From positions 104,576 to 168,575 of the forward strand of contig JAVBLT010000007.1 in NCBI GenBank assembly GCA_031553315.1: a stretch of 64,000 nucleotides of DNA, written 5' to 3'. The notes under the pieces were generated by a model. The model was not told the DNA's origin. It made no database searches and worked only from the letters and a program-made list of their open reading frames with translations. Both the position numbers and the translations under genes were made by a program. The DNA is from Kiritimatiellia bacterium (lineage in GTDB: Bacteria; Verrucomicrobiota; Kiritimatiellia; RFP12; DVOR01). This document shows positions 21,201-31,100 of the stretch, piece by piece (the first letter of the stretch is position 1; each line of letters begins with the position of its first letter).

Positions 21201-22665
21201 CTTCGTTGTCCGCAACGGTGCAGTTGAAGAGAATGCTGTTTTCAGCGCCGCCACCGTACTCGCCGGCGTTGCCGACGATGAGGCAGCCGATGGCAGTGGC
21301 AAGCTCGATGCCGCCACCGTAATCGCCCCAGTTGTTGGTGACGACGCAGTTGACGATGGTGCCGCCGAGCGCGCCGCTGCCTTCGAAGCTGTCGCCGTTG
21401 GTGAGCGTGAACCCGACGAGCGTGCTGCCGGGGAAAGAAGCCACGGGAATGGCGTTGCTCCCCCAGTCGACGGCGTCATGATCGGCGGAAGCCATCAGCT
21501 TGGCGCAGCGCGTGGCGCATTCGGCGTCGATGATGGTCGCCTTGGCGCCTTCGACGCTCTGAATGGTGATGGCCTTGCCTTCGGTGACGATGGGCGCGTA
21601 GGTGCCGTTGGTGACGGTGACGGTGTCGCCGGCGAGGCAAAGGTCGATGGCGGCCTGGATGGTGGCCTTGGCGGTTTCCCAGGAGAGACCGTCGTTGGCG
21701 TCGGCGCCGGCGGCGGCGCTCACATAGTAGGCCACAGGGTCGCGAAGCGGAGGAGCGAAGGTGCCAAAGGCGCCCATGTTGACGCGGCCATTGGTGTAAA
21801 GCGAGTGGCCGTTGATGTCGACCGATTCGAGCGTCGTGGGGTCCCCGGTGCCGGCGCAGGGAGAAGCGGGCTGGAGGCGGTAATCACCCGATGCGGCATC
21901 CACAAAGAGCGGAGCGGCGGTGATGCAGGGCGGGGCGAGGCTGTCGGCGCCCCCTTCCACACAGGAAAACGTAACGACGCAGGCGGAAATCTGATAGGCG
22001 GGCGGAAGCATCGGCACGGAATTGCCGTAGACAATGCAGTTCTTCAGAACACAGCTTTGCGCGCCGCCGCCGATTGCGCTTAAGAATCCGCCCTGATTGT
22101 TGACGAGCGTGCAGTTGGTGAGGATGCAGCCGGCCGCGCCGATTGCCTGCGTGGATAGGGGGCCGATGGCGAAGTTGTCGGCAATCAGGCAGTTTTCCAA
22201 AACGGCATCAAGAGCGACGGCGCCCCCGCCAAGCGCGCAGTTGTCAACAATTCTGCAATTTTTCACGGTGCCGCCGTAAACGCCGGCGCCGGAGCCTGCC
22301 AAACCGTTTTGAAGCGTGAACCCCTTCAACACCGTGGCGACACCTCCGGTTACGGAGTCGAGCGTGGCGCAGGGAAGCATCGCGCCGCCGTCAATCGTCG
22401 TGGCCAGCGCGCCTTCCACGCTCTGAATGGTGATGGCTTTGTTGCCGCTGACGATGGGCGCGTAGGTGCCGTTGGTGACGGTGACGGTGTCGCCGGCGGA
22501 GGCGGCCACAATGGCGTCCTGAATGGTTTGCATGGCGGTGGCCCAGGAGGTGCCGTCGCCGCCGGGCGAAGCGGCAAAATTGACGTAATACGTTTCCGCC
22601 GAAGCGGTCAGACCAAGCCCCGTCGCGAAAATCGCGCCGAGCAACACAGAACGGAGTGAATTCAT
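18232..22665 (-). CDS. giant secreted protein: three tandem right-handed parallel beta-helix modules (each capped by GDYRL/NYLL…SPC…AGD motif) + about 550-aa C-terminal region
   Basis: Signal peptide MNSLRSVLLGAIFATGLGLTASA; three copies of GDTVTVTNGTYAPIV…AITIQSVEGA blocks; NC(T/A)xxxN beta-helix rungs; 1477 aa. Confidence 0.7.
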   Translation of the reverse strand: MNSLRSVLLGAIFATGLGLTASAETYYVNFAASPGGDGTSWATAMQTIQDAIVAASAGDTVTVTNGTYAPIVSGNKAITIQSVEGALATTIDGGAMLPCATLDSVTGGVATVLKGFTLQNGLAGSGAGVYGGTVKNCRIVDNCALGGGAVALDAVLENCLIADNFAIGPLSTQAIGAAGCILTNCTLVNNQGGFLSAIGGGAQSCVLKNCIVYGNSVPMLPPAYQISACVVTFSCVEGGADSLAPPCITAAPLFVDAASGDYRLQPASPCAGTGDPTTLESVDINGHSLYTNGRVNMGAFGTFAPPLRDPVAYYVSAAAGADANDGLSWETAKATIQAAIDLCLAGDTVTVTNGTYAPIVTEGKAITIQSVEGAKATIIDAECATRCAKLMASADHDAVDWGSNAIPVASFPGSTLVGFTLTNGDSFEGSGALGGTIVNCVVTNNWGDYGGGIELATAIGCLIVGNAGEYGGGAENSILFNCTVADNEAYEMAGGLSLCAVTNSVVWGNISHSEANGKNDINLCDVAYSCVNTNSYRTTLTDLKGSGRTPVGNILVDPVFADAAAGNYLLTPYSPCRGAGDPASAEPLLDMNGKTLFTGGVINMGAFSVAPATWYVNAASADDSGNGLTWAAAKKTIQAAIDLAEEGDTVTVTNGTYFLIATANKAITVESVEGAGKTFIQGAVGGRAASLMSDDQYADLEANGTSYQATALIGFTLRYGSPNGSGVAGLAGGALGGTLINCRLVNNTAADVSGALESSLTNCAVFQNSATAGACAVKNSLLTNCTVLGNLGADAAAVDGCTLLNAIVWGNSGITQVSGGTAAYSCIEGGAAGEGNIASEPAFINAVTGDCRLLPGSPCIDAGTTNGLTVTGIDLYGNPRLAGDSIDMGAAEGAFVQISSTGAIDPAGAFILPYGTEKTFTATNLVNAAGRPFTGFVTNGVFAVTNATFAWAGLDVSPITLEASYLVRGVYTVTNEEGVVTSVTNNLVTGVSLYDQLGTPEPVKGFRFLGWSASPAGDLIEETALAGATDTRYYAQWREYTKPFDDPAEAPAWSAAGIYNGFIHTYVEATGETDEYWKVGATLTVTVSTGGSISAVLGTPAGRITFPVAKTWSLVDDDGTPWAAFASRTGWALEIAVRSGRIWGTALSPDGEEFEIDGSRNRFKDKSDFVAMDALNRLKGTYTAAFVDDDAPLGRRRSYASGYLTLTVSAAGSMRYSGALPDGTTFSGADTLQLYTEEGLLAGAPILKVFSAKVASGIANRAMSVKGSVGGLLWFSPEPESDAGAIRVTTYHDWPFHWEKNGTPLTAFAAIGYTYRREATVVEEHRFGAYLDSIPWFEARATESLTDLRFDSIEAGTLLAPNARGTALVAPRSTSPVKLPDGSYDFSAENSARLTWGVTLANGLFSGAFRGYAEVPGPRNTTLLRTVMVNYRGVVIQLPDGGAWVGAGQALIPQTDPAVKAFQPRIVRPVVVEPDFT
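19968..22596 (-). repeat. three tandem intragenic direct repeats (about 0.87-0.9 kb each) encoding the beta-helix modules
   Basis: Near-identical DNA stretch of about 90 nt (…tccacgctctgaatggtgatggc…gacgatgggcgcgtaggtgccgttggtgacggtgacggtgtcgccggcg) at about 22420-22497 and about 21556-21634; diverged third copy at about 20645-20730. Confidence 0.7.
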
Positions 22666-23134
22666 TTGTTTATTTTTCCTTAATTAGTAAGTAAAAACGT
22701 ACACAACGTGCACGGGTAAGAAGGATATCAGAGACGCGCTTTTTTGGGAAGCGGATTTTTTAAAATTTTATTGACGCATCCCATACTAAAATTTTACCCG
22801 AATTCCCTCCGCCCAAATGAAACGGAACGGGAGGTGAAAATCATTTTTAAACGCATCGAAAATAAACAATAACAGTAAAATTCACAATCGATTATTCCAA
22901 AAATAATTCGAATTTCACAATTCAACTCAACCTTTCTCTATCGATAAGAAAATATCGGTTTGAAAAAAATGACGTGCCGTTTTCAGTTGACGTTTTTCCC
23001 CTCGGCCGCGCCATCCGAAACACATGCGGCCGGAATCGGGCAAGATCCGTTTTTCTCCCTGTTTGACTTTTCGGCGGGTTTACGCTATCATGCCCGGTTT
23101 ATGTGTTGAAGCACACAGGAAACAGGAAACCCAT
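22666..23134. promoter_or_regulatory. 469-bp AT-rich divergent intergenic region (promoters for the beta-helix gene and the carboxyltransferase gene)
   Basis: GC drops to about 35-40% versus about 69% in flanks; several TTGACg/TAnnnT-like elements; no ORF with coding signal. Confidence 0.5.
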
Positions 23135-24976
23135 ATGACCGATAAACCCGCCTCCGCCAGCACCAAACAGGTTCGTTTCACCGACACCACCTTGCGCGAT
23201 GCGCACCAGTCGCTCTGGGCCACCCGCATGCGCACGGCCGACATCATGGGCATCGTTGAAACCATCGACCAGGCCGGCTACTACTCCCTCGAATGCTGGG
23301 GCGGCGCGACGTTCGACGTAAGCATGCGTTTCCTCCGCGAAGACCCCTGGGAGCGCCTCCGCCAGATCAAAAAAATCTGCTCCACGCCCCTTCAGATGCT
23401 CCTGCGCGGCCAAAACGTGCTCGGCTACCGCCATTACCCCGACGACGTGCTCGAGCGTTCCATCGCCCTCGCCTGCGAAAACGGCATGGATATCTTCCGC
23501 ATTTTCGACGCCCTCAACGACAACCGCAACCTCGAGGCCGCCATCCGCGCCGTGAAGAAATACGGCGGCCACGCCCAAGGCACCATCTGCTACACCGTCA
23601 GCCCCGTGCACACCGCCGCCAAATTCGTGGAAATCGCCCGCGAACAGGTCCAGATGGGCATCGACACCCTCTGCATTAAAGACATGGCCGGCATCCTCAC
23701 CCCCGCCGCCGCCCGCGAGCTCGTGGCCGCCCTCCGCGCCGCCCTCCCCGAGCTGCCCATCCAGGTGCACTCGCACATGACCAGCGGCATGGCCCCCGCC
23801 ACCTACCTCGCCGCCGTCGAAGCCGGCGCCGGCGCCATCGACTGCTGCATCGCCACGCTCTCGGGCATCTCCTCCCAGCCCGCCGTGGGCACCATGAAAG
23901 CCATCTTCGAAGACCTCGGCTACGCAACCGGCCTCAAGGTCGACAAACTCAACGCCGTCAACGACTACTTCCGCAAAGTCAAACCCGGTCGCGAGCCCGC
24001 CTCCAGCGGCGCCGTGGAAGTGGTCGACGTGCAAGTCCTCCAGCACCACATCCCCGGCGGCATGATCTCCAACCTCCGCTCCCAGCTCGCCCAGCAAGAC
24101 GCGCTCGACCGCCTCCAGGAAGTGATGGACGAGCTCCCCCGCACCCGCAAAGACATGGGCTACCCCCCCCTCGTGACCCCCACCAGCCAGATCGTCGGCG
24201 TGCAGGCCGTGCTCAACGTGCTCTCCGGCAAACGCTACGAAATGGTCACCCAGGAAACCCGCGATTACGTGCGCGGCCTCTACGGCGCCTCCCCCGCCCC
24301 CGTGGATCCCGCGCTGGCCGCCCAGATCCTCGGCGGCGAAGCGCCCATCACCTGCCGCCCCGCCGACCTCCTCGAGCCCGGCCTCGCCAAAGCCGCCGCC
24401 GAGCTCGACCCCGCCCTCATCCAGAGCGAGGAAGACATTCTTTCCTACTGCATGTTCCCCGAAGTGGCCCTCGGCTACTTCAAATGGCGCGCCAAGCCCG
24501 AAGCCGAGCGCGACGCGATCCCCGCCGACACCGAGCGCGCCCCCAAAGCCGCCCCCGCCGCCGAAGCCCCCGCCGCGCCCGCGCCCGCCGCCGAAGCCGC
24601 CCGCTTTGAAGCCATCGGCAAAATGGTCGCCGGCATCTTCGCCCACCTCGGCGGCGTGCCCGCCGGCGCCCTGCCCGAATTCACAGCCCCCGAGGCCCCC
24701 AAAGCCGCCGAAGCCGCGCCCGCCCCCAAGGCCGAAGCCCCCAAAGACGTGCTCTGCGCCACCCTCGCGGGCACCTTCTACCGCTCCGATTCCCCCTCCA
24801 AGCCCGCCCTCGCGGAAGAAGGCGCCCACGTCAAAGCCGGCGCCCCCGTGTGCGTGCTCGAAGCGATGAAGCTCTTCAACCCCCTCAAGGCCGTGAAAGA
24901 CTGCACCATCATCCGCTTCCTCGTCAAACCCGGTGAAAACGTCGCCAAAGGCCAGCCCATCGCGGAAATCGCTTAA
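23135..24976 (+). CDS. biotin-dependent carboxyltransferase 5S subunit with C-terminal biotinyl domain (oxaloacetate decarboxylase alpha / pyruvate carboxylase subunit B family)
   Basis: RBS aggaaacaggaaac; VRFTDTTLRDAHQSL pyruvate-carboxyltransferase motif; Ala/Pro-rich linker; biotinylation site EAMKLFNP near the C-terminus; 613 aa. Confidence 0.8.
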   Translation: MTDKPASASTKQVRFTDTTLRDAHQSLWATRMRTADIMGIVETIDQAGYYSLECWGGATFDVSMRFLREDPWERLRQIKKICSTPLQMLLRGQNVLGYRHYPDDVLERSIALACENGMDIFRIFDALNDNRNLEAAIRAVKKYGGHAQGTICYTVSPVHTAAKFVEIAREQVQMGIDTLCIKDMAGILTPAAARELVAALRAALPELPIQVHSHMTSGMAPATYLAAVEAGAGAIDCCIATLSGISSQPAVGTMKAIFEDLGYATGLKVDKLNAVNDYFRKVKPGREPASSGAVEVVDVQVLQHHIPGGMISNLRSQLAQQDALDRLQEVMDELPRTRKDMGYPPLVTPTSQIVGVQAVLNVLSGKRYEMVTQETRDYVRGLYGASPAPVDPALAAQILGGEAPITCRPADLLEPGLAKAAAELDPALIQSEEDILSYCMFPEVALGYFKWRAKPEAERDAIPADTERAPKAAPAAEAPAAPAPAAEAARFEAIGKMVAGIFAHLGGVPAGALPEFTAPEAPKAAEAAPAPKAEAPKDVLCATLAGTFYRSDSPSKPALAEEGAHVKAGAPVCVLEAMKLFNPLKAVKDCTIIRFLVKPGENVAKGQPIAEIA

Positions 24977-24999
24977 ATCAAACAGGAGAGAACCCCATC

Positions 25000-26208
25000 A
25001 TGACCCAAAAACCCGTCAAACGCGTCGCCTTCCTCACCGCCGGCGGCCTCGCCCCCTGCCTCAGCTCGGCCCTGGGCTTCCTCATCGCCGAGTATACCCG
25101 CGCGGCGCCGGAAATCGAGCTCATCGGCTACGTCAACGGCTACAAAGGCCTCCTCGCCGGCGAATACCTCGCGGTGACCCCCGAAGTGCGCCGGCACGCC
25201 CTCTGGCTCACCGAGCACGGCGGAAGCCCCATCGGCAACAGCCGCGTGAAGCTCACCAACGTGAAAGACTGCGTGAAGCGCGGCCTCGTGAAAGAAGGCG
25301 AAGACCCCCAGAAAGTGGCCGCGGATCAGCTCGTCAAAGACGGGGTCGACGTGCTCCACACCATCGGCGGAGACGACACGAACACCGCCGCGGCCGACCT
25401 CGCCGCCTTCCTCGCCGCCAACGGCTACGACCTCACCGTCGTCGGCCTGCCCAAAACCATTGATAACGACGTCTACCCCATCGCCCAGAGCCTCGGCGCC
25501 TGGACCGCCGCCGAAGAAGGCGCCAGATACTTCGCCAACGTCGTCAAAGAAAACACCGCCAACCCCCGCATGCTCATCATCCACGAAGTGATGGGCCGCC
25601 ACTGCGGCTGGCTCACCGCCCAGACCGCCATCGAATACCGCAAGCTCCTCGACCAGACCCATTACCTGCCCGAATTCGGCCTCACCCGCGAGCGCGAAGA
25701 CCTCCACGCCGTCTACATCCCCGAAACCGAGTTCAACGTCAACGCCGAAGCCGCCCGCCTCGTCAAAATCATGAACGAGAACGACAGCGTCAACATCTTC
25801 ATCTCCGAAGGCGCCTGCGTCGACACCATCATCGAAGAAATGGAAGCCCGCGGCGAAGAAGTCCCGCGCGACGCCTTCGGCCACCCCCGCCTCGACAAAG
25901 TCAACGTCGGCGCCTGGTTCGCCCGGCAATTCGCCGACATGCTCCGCGCCGAAAAAGTCCTCATCCAGAAGAGCGGCTACTACAGCCGCGCCGCCCGCCC
26001 CAACCCGCGCGACCTCGAGCTCATCCGCACCTGCGCCGAAAAAGCCGTCGAATGCGCCCTCGCCCGCCAGGGCGGCGTCGTCGGCCACGACGAAGACCGC
26101 GGCGGCCAGCTCCGCGCCTGCGAATTTCCCCGCATCAAAGGCGGCAAGCCCTTCAACCCGGCCAACGCCGAGTTTCAGAGCCTCCTCGCCGCCATCGGCC
26201 AGAAATAA
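25000..26208 (+). CDS. pfp: pyrophosphate-dependent 6-phosphofructokinase
   Basis: RBS aggagag; LTAGGLAPCLSS, HTIGGDDTN, GLPKTIDNDV PFK motifs; 402 aa. Confidence 0.85.
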   Translation: MTQKPVKRVAFLTAGGLAPCLSSALGFLIAEYTRAAPEIELIGYVNGYKGLLAGEYLAVTPEVRRHALWLTEHGGSPIGNSRVKLTNVKDCVKRGLVKEGEDPQKVAADQLVKDGVDVLHTIGGDDTNTAAADLAAFLAANGYDLTVVGLPKTIDNDVYPIAQSLGAWTAAEEGARYFANVVKENTANPRMLIIHEVMGRHCGWLTAQTAIEYRKLLDQTHYLPEFGLTREREDLHAVYIPETEFNVNAEAARLVKIMNENDSVNIFISEGACVDTIIEEMEARGEEVPRDAFGHPRLDKVNVGAWFARQFADMLRAEKVLIQKSGYYSRAARPNPRDLELIRTCAEKAVECALARQGGVVGHDEDRGGQLRACEFPRIKGGKPFNPANAEFQSLLAAIGQK

Positions 26209-26210
26209 TC

Positions 26211-28124
26211 ATGGTCACCCGCGAATGGTTCGATAAAGAATACACCGCCAAAGAAGCCTACGGGCGCCTTTGGCGGTACGCCCGGCGCTACCGCCACCTC
26301 CTCATCGTCGGCATACTCGCCGGCATGGTCGTCGGCGGCGCCTGGCTCCCCATCTTCAAAACCGTTCAGCCCGCCCTCCTCTACATGAGCGGCTCCGCGG
26401 CAACCGCCGAGCCCCACCCGAAGGCCCAGACCCAAAGCACCGGCGAGACCATCCAGACCGCCATGGAAAAGACCGAAAGCGCCCTCGGCAAAGTAGGCCT
26501 CGCCCTTCCGGGCTGGATCAAAGACTCCTTCGCCATCTTCCTCATGAGCATCCTCGGCGCCGCATTCGCGATCAAGCTCGTCGCCGAATACTTCAACCAC
26601 TACTGCCTGCGCAAAGCCGGAGTCCGCGTCGTCCGCGACCTGCGCAACGACCTCTTCGACCACCTCCAGGATCAATCCCTCGGCTTCTACGGCCAGGGCG
26701 ACGTCGGCCGCCTCATCAGCCGCTGCACCACAGACCCCGGCGTCGTCGAAAACGTCGTATCCGTCACCATCTCCGAAATCTGCCAGGCCCCCTTCGAAAT
26801 CGCGGCAGCCCTCAGCTTCGTCATCGTCTACGCCATCCAGGCCGACATGATGTCCCTCCTCGTCACCGCCCTCATCCTCTACCCCGTCTGCCTCTTTCCC
26901 CTCATCAAGCTCGGCCGGCGCATCCGCAAATGGTCCCACGCCAACCTTCAGCGCAGCGCAGGCGTCGTCTCCGTCATCCACGAAAACCTCACCTGCATCC
27001 GCGTCGTCAAAGCCTACCACACGGAAGACCAGGAAAAGCGCAAATTCGCCACCTACATCCAGAGCGTCCTCAAAAGCGTCATGCGCACCGTCCGCATCGA
27101 GTTGCTCATCGGCCCCGTCACCCAGGCCATCGCGGTCATGCTCCTCATCGCCTTCATGTTTTACAGCCTCTACCGCGGCAAAAACCTCTTCGACATCGCC
27201 CCCCTTCTCCCCCCCTTCCTCATGCTCTACAAACCCTTCAAACAGCTCGGCAAAATCCAGGCCTCCATCGAAAAAGGCCGAGCCGCCCTCATCCGCATCT
27301 TCTCCCTGCTCGACGTCGACACCGCCCTCCCCGATCCCCCCGATCCCATCCCCCACCCCACCTTCGAGGGCACCATCCGCTTCGACCGCGTCAGCTTCCG
27401 CTACCAGGCCGCCGGCGACCCCGTCATTACCGACGCCAACCTCGAAATCCGCCGCGGCCAGATGTTCGCCGTCGTCGGCTCCACCGGCAGCGGCAAATCG
27501 ACCCTCGCCAACCTCCTCGCCCGCTTCTACGACCCCACCCAAGGCACCGTCAGCATCGACGGCATCGACCTGCGCCACCTCTCCATCGCCAACGTCCGCC
27601 GCCTCATCGGCGTCGTCACCCAGGAAACCATCCTCTTCAACCTCACCATCGCCGAAAACATCGCCTACGGCACCCCCGGCGCCACCCCCGAACAAATCAT
27701 CCACGCCGCCACCCTCGCCAACGCCCACACCTTCATCACCGCCCACCCCGAAGGCTACGGCCGCAACGTCGGCGAAAAAGGCTTCGTCCTCAGCGGCGGC
27801 GAGCGCCAGCGCATCGCCATCGCCCGCGCCATCCTCAAAAACCCCCCCATCCTCATCCTCGACGAAGCCACCTCCGCCCTCGACACCGTCACCGAGCAGC
27901 AAGTCCAGGAAGCCCTCACCCAGCTCATGCGCAACCGCACCGTCTTCGCCATCGCCCACCGCCTCAGCACCATCCGCAAAGCCGACCAGATCCTCGTCAT
28001 GGACAAAGGCGCCATCGTCGAGCGCGGCACCCACGACCAGCTCTACCGCGCCCACGGCATCTACCGCCACCTGTGCGACATCCAGCACAGCCAAGACAAC
28101 CCCGAGGCCACCCCCCATGCTTAA
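26211..28124 (+). CDS. ABC exporter, fused TMD-NBD (MsbA/lipid-A-exporter-like) with about 60-aa hydrophilic insertion in first extracytoplasmic loop
   Basis: Walker A GSTGSGKST, signature LSGGERQR, Walker B ILILDEATSALD, H-loop AIAHRL; 637 aa. Confidence 0.85.
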   Translation: MVTREWFDKEYTAKEAYGRLWRYARRYRHLLIVGILAGMVVGGAWLPIFKTVQPALLYMSGSAATAEPHPKAQTQSTGETIQTAMEKTESALGKVGLALPGWIKDSFAIFLMSILGAAFAIKLVAEYFNHYCLRKAGVRVVRDLRNDLFDHLQDQSLGFYGQGDVGRLISRCTTDPGVVENVVSVTISEICQAPFEIAAALSFVIVYAIQADMMSLLVTALILYPVCLFPLIKLGRRIRKWSHANLQRSAGVVSVIHENLTCIRVVKAYHTEDQEKRKFATYIQSVLKSVMRTVRIELLIGPVTQAIAVMLLIAFMFYSLYRGKNLFDIAPLLPPFLMLYKPFKQLGKIQASIEKGRAALIRIFSLLDVDTALPDPPDPIPHPTFEGTIRFDRVSFRYQAAGDPVITDANLEIRRGQMFAVVGSTGSGKSTLANLLARFYDPTQGTVSIDGIDLRHLSIANVRRLIGVVTQETILFNLTIAENIAYGTPGATPEQIIHAATLANAHTFITAHPEGYGRNVGEKGFVLSGGERQRIAIARAILKNPPILILDEATSALDTVTEQQVQEALTQLMRNRTVFAIAHRLSTIRKADQILVMDKGAIVERGTHDQLYRAHGIYRHLCDIQHSQDNPEATPHA

Positions 28125-31100
28125 AACCCTCCTTCCCCTCCTCCTCATCCTCCCCGCCGCCCTCCCCGCCCAGCGCCAACCCACCCCCGGCGAAATCTAC
28201 CTCGGCTCCCGACCCGCCATCCTCCCCGACGGCCGGCGCTTCATCTTCGAATGGGCCGACGCCATCTGGATCGCCCCCACAACCGGCGGCGACGCCACCG
28301 TCCTGCAAACCTCCGCCGGAAAAGACGTCTGGCCCATCATCTCCCCCAACGGCAAAACCTTCGCCTTCCAATCCAACCGCAACGGCGGCCCCTACCAGGT
28401 CTTCACCGCCAACATCGACGACCCCTCCCCCCCCACCCAAGTCACCCACCACAGCGAAGGCGCCCGCCCCTACGCCTTCACACACGACTCCACCCACCTC
28501 CTCTGCACCGTCTACCGCGACCACGACATCACCCTCAACGCCCCCCGCGCCGCCCTCATCCCCATCACCACCCGCGGCCCCGAAACCATCCTCTTCAACG
28601 CCCCCGCCGACAACCCCGCCCTCGACCCCGCCGCCACCCGGCTCCTCTTTACACGCGAGGGCGACGACATCTACCGCAAACGCCTCCGCAGCCAGCAAGC
28701 CTCGCAAATCTGGCACTACTCCCTCACCAACCAGACCTTCACCCCCCTCGTAAAAGAAGACACCCACGCCCGCAGCCCCCTCTGGGCCCCCGGCAGCCAA
28801 TCCTTCTACTACACCTCCGGCCGCACCGGAACCGAAAACCTCTACCGCCGCGACCTCGCCACAGGCGCCGACACCCAAATCACCTTCCACACCCACGACT
28901 CCGTCATGCAGCCCACCCTCAGCGCCGACGGCAAAACCCTCATCTACCGCCACCTCTTCCACTTCTACCGCATCGACCCCACCCAGGAAAAACCCACCCC
29001 CACCCTCATCCCCCTGCGCCCCATCTGGACCATCGGCACCCCCCTGCCCACCGAGCGCCGCCGCTACTACACCAACTGCTGGAACAACGACCAAGACGGC
29101 GACGCCACCTTCACCCACAACGGCACCGAAATCGCCTTCACCGCCGGCGGCGACCTCTACACCATGGACACCATCCTCCGCCAGCCCCGCCTCATCCACG
29201 GCGACACCCGCACCCACGAACGCGAATGCACCTTCTCCGCCGACGGCTCCACCCTCTACTACCTCTCCGACCACGGAGACCGCGTCGACCTCCTCAAAGC
29301 CACACCCCACGACCCCACCCAATACTGGTGGCAAAACACCCAATTCAACATCCAAACCCTCATCGCCGACGGCGCCACCCGCCAATCCCTCACCCTCTCC
29401 CCCACCGGCGACCGCCTCGCCTGGACCCAACCCGGCTGGGACATCATCATCGCCGACCTCAACGGCAAAGAAATCACCCGCCTCGCCCAAAAATCAACCG
29501 AAGCCCCCCACTACGACTGGTCCCCCTGCGGAAAATACATCGCCGCCGCCCTCGCCGACAGCTACGGCAACGTCGACATCTGGATCCTCTCCACCGACAA
29601 CGCCACCCCCCCCTACAACCTCACCCGCCACTTCAACTGGGACGGCAACCCCCGCTGGTCCCCCGACGGCAAACTCCTCGCCTTCCTCGGCAACCGCCCC
29701 GACACCGGCACCGGCCTCTTCTACGTCTGGCTCAACAAAAAAGACCAAGACCACCTCCGCGACAAAACCTACGACGACGCCCTCGACCACATGCGCAAAG
29801 AAGCCCCCCAAAAAACCGCCCCCCAGGAAAAACCAAAAGACGACAAAGCCCCCGAAGAAAAAATCCAAACCACCATCGACTTCGACAACCTCCACACCCG
29901 CATCCGCCACGCCAACCTCCACGGCGCCAAACCCTCCAACATCTACTTCTCCCACGATTCCCGCACCCTCATCTTCCACACCACCCACAACAACCGCACC
30001 GGCACCCACAAAATCAAGCTCCCCGACCAGACCAACCCCCAATTCCTCACCCCCCGCCGCGGCACCCCCATCCAATGGCTCAAAAAAGGCGACAAACTCC
30101 TCTGGCTCACCGACCGCCTCCCCGCCCAGTTCGAAACCACCTACCCCTTCACCACCCGCCAGCAAACCAACATCCCCGACTACCAGGAGCTCGCCTACCT
30201 CACCGCCTGGCGCAAAATCCGCGACAACTACTACGACCCCGCCTTCCACGGCGCCGACTGGCCCGCCATCCGCGAAAAATACCGCCACGCCGCCCGCCAC
30301 GCCCCCTCCCCCTCCATCTTCACCCGCATCATCCACATGATGCACGGCGAGCTCAACTCCTCCCACCTCGGCTACTACATGACCGACAACTCCCGCCGAG
30401 AATGGGAGCGCACCGCCAGCTACCAGGCCTGGCAGCCCGAAACCAACCACCTCGGCCTGCGCTTCGACCCCACCCACACCGGCCCCGGCTGGCGCATCGC
30501 CCAAATCATCCCCGGCGGCCCCGCCGACCTCGGCACCCTCCACATCACCCCCGGCGACATCGTCCTCGAGATCGACGGCACCCCCCTCACCCCCCGCCTC
30601 GACCCCACCCTCATCCTCAACGCCCCCGCCGAAACCACCTTCACCCTCACCCTCCAAACCCACCGGGAGCCCCCCCGGACCCTCACCGTCAAAGGCACCA
30701 GCTACACAGCCATCCGCGACCTCCTCAACACCCACAACCGCCGGACCGCCCGCCAAACCGTCGAAACCCTCTCCAACGGAACCATCGGCTACCTCACCAT
30801 CGACAAAATGGCCAACGACGAATACTACCGCTTCGAGCAGGACATCTTCTCCAACGGCTTCGGCAAAGACGGCCTCATCATCGACGTCCGCAACAACACC
30901 GGCGGCTTCACCGCCGACCGCATCCTCTCCATCCTCTGCGGCGCCGCCCACTCCATCGCCATCGCCCGCTACGGCCAGCCCGCCTACCTCGCCGGCTACT
31001 GGGGCCGACCCGTGTGGGACAAACCCATCGTCATCCTCTGCAGCCAAGTCACCGTCTCCAACGGCGAAATCTTCACCCACGCCATCAAAAACCTCAAACG

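Noticed and set aside
24480-24760. Ala/Pro-rich repetitive stretch in the carboxyltransferase gene. Similar stretches occur at 62400-63000 (infB) and 7400-7900 (membrane protein)
   Set aside because: These are flexible inter-domain linkers typical of biotin enzymes and IF-2 N-termini. They are not independent repeats or mobile elements.
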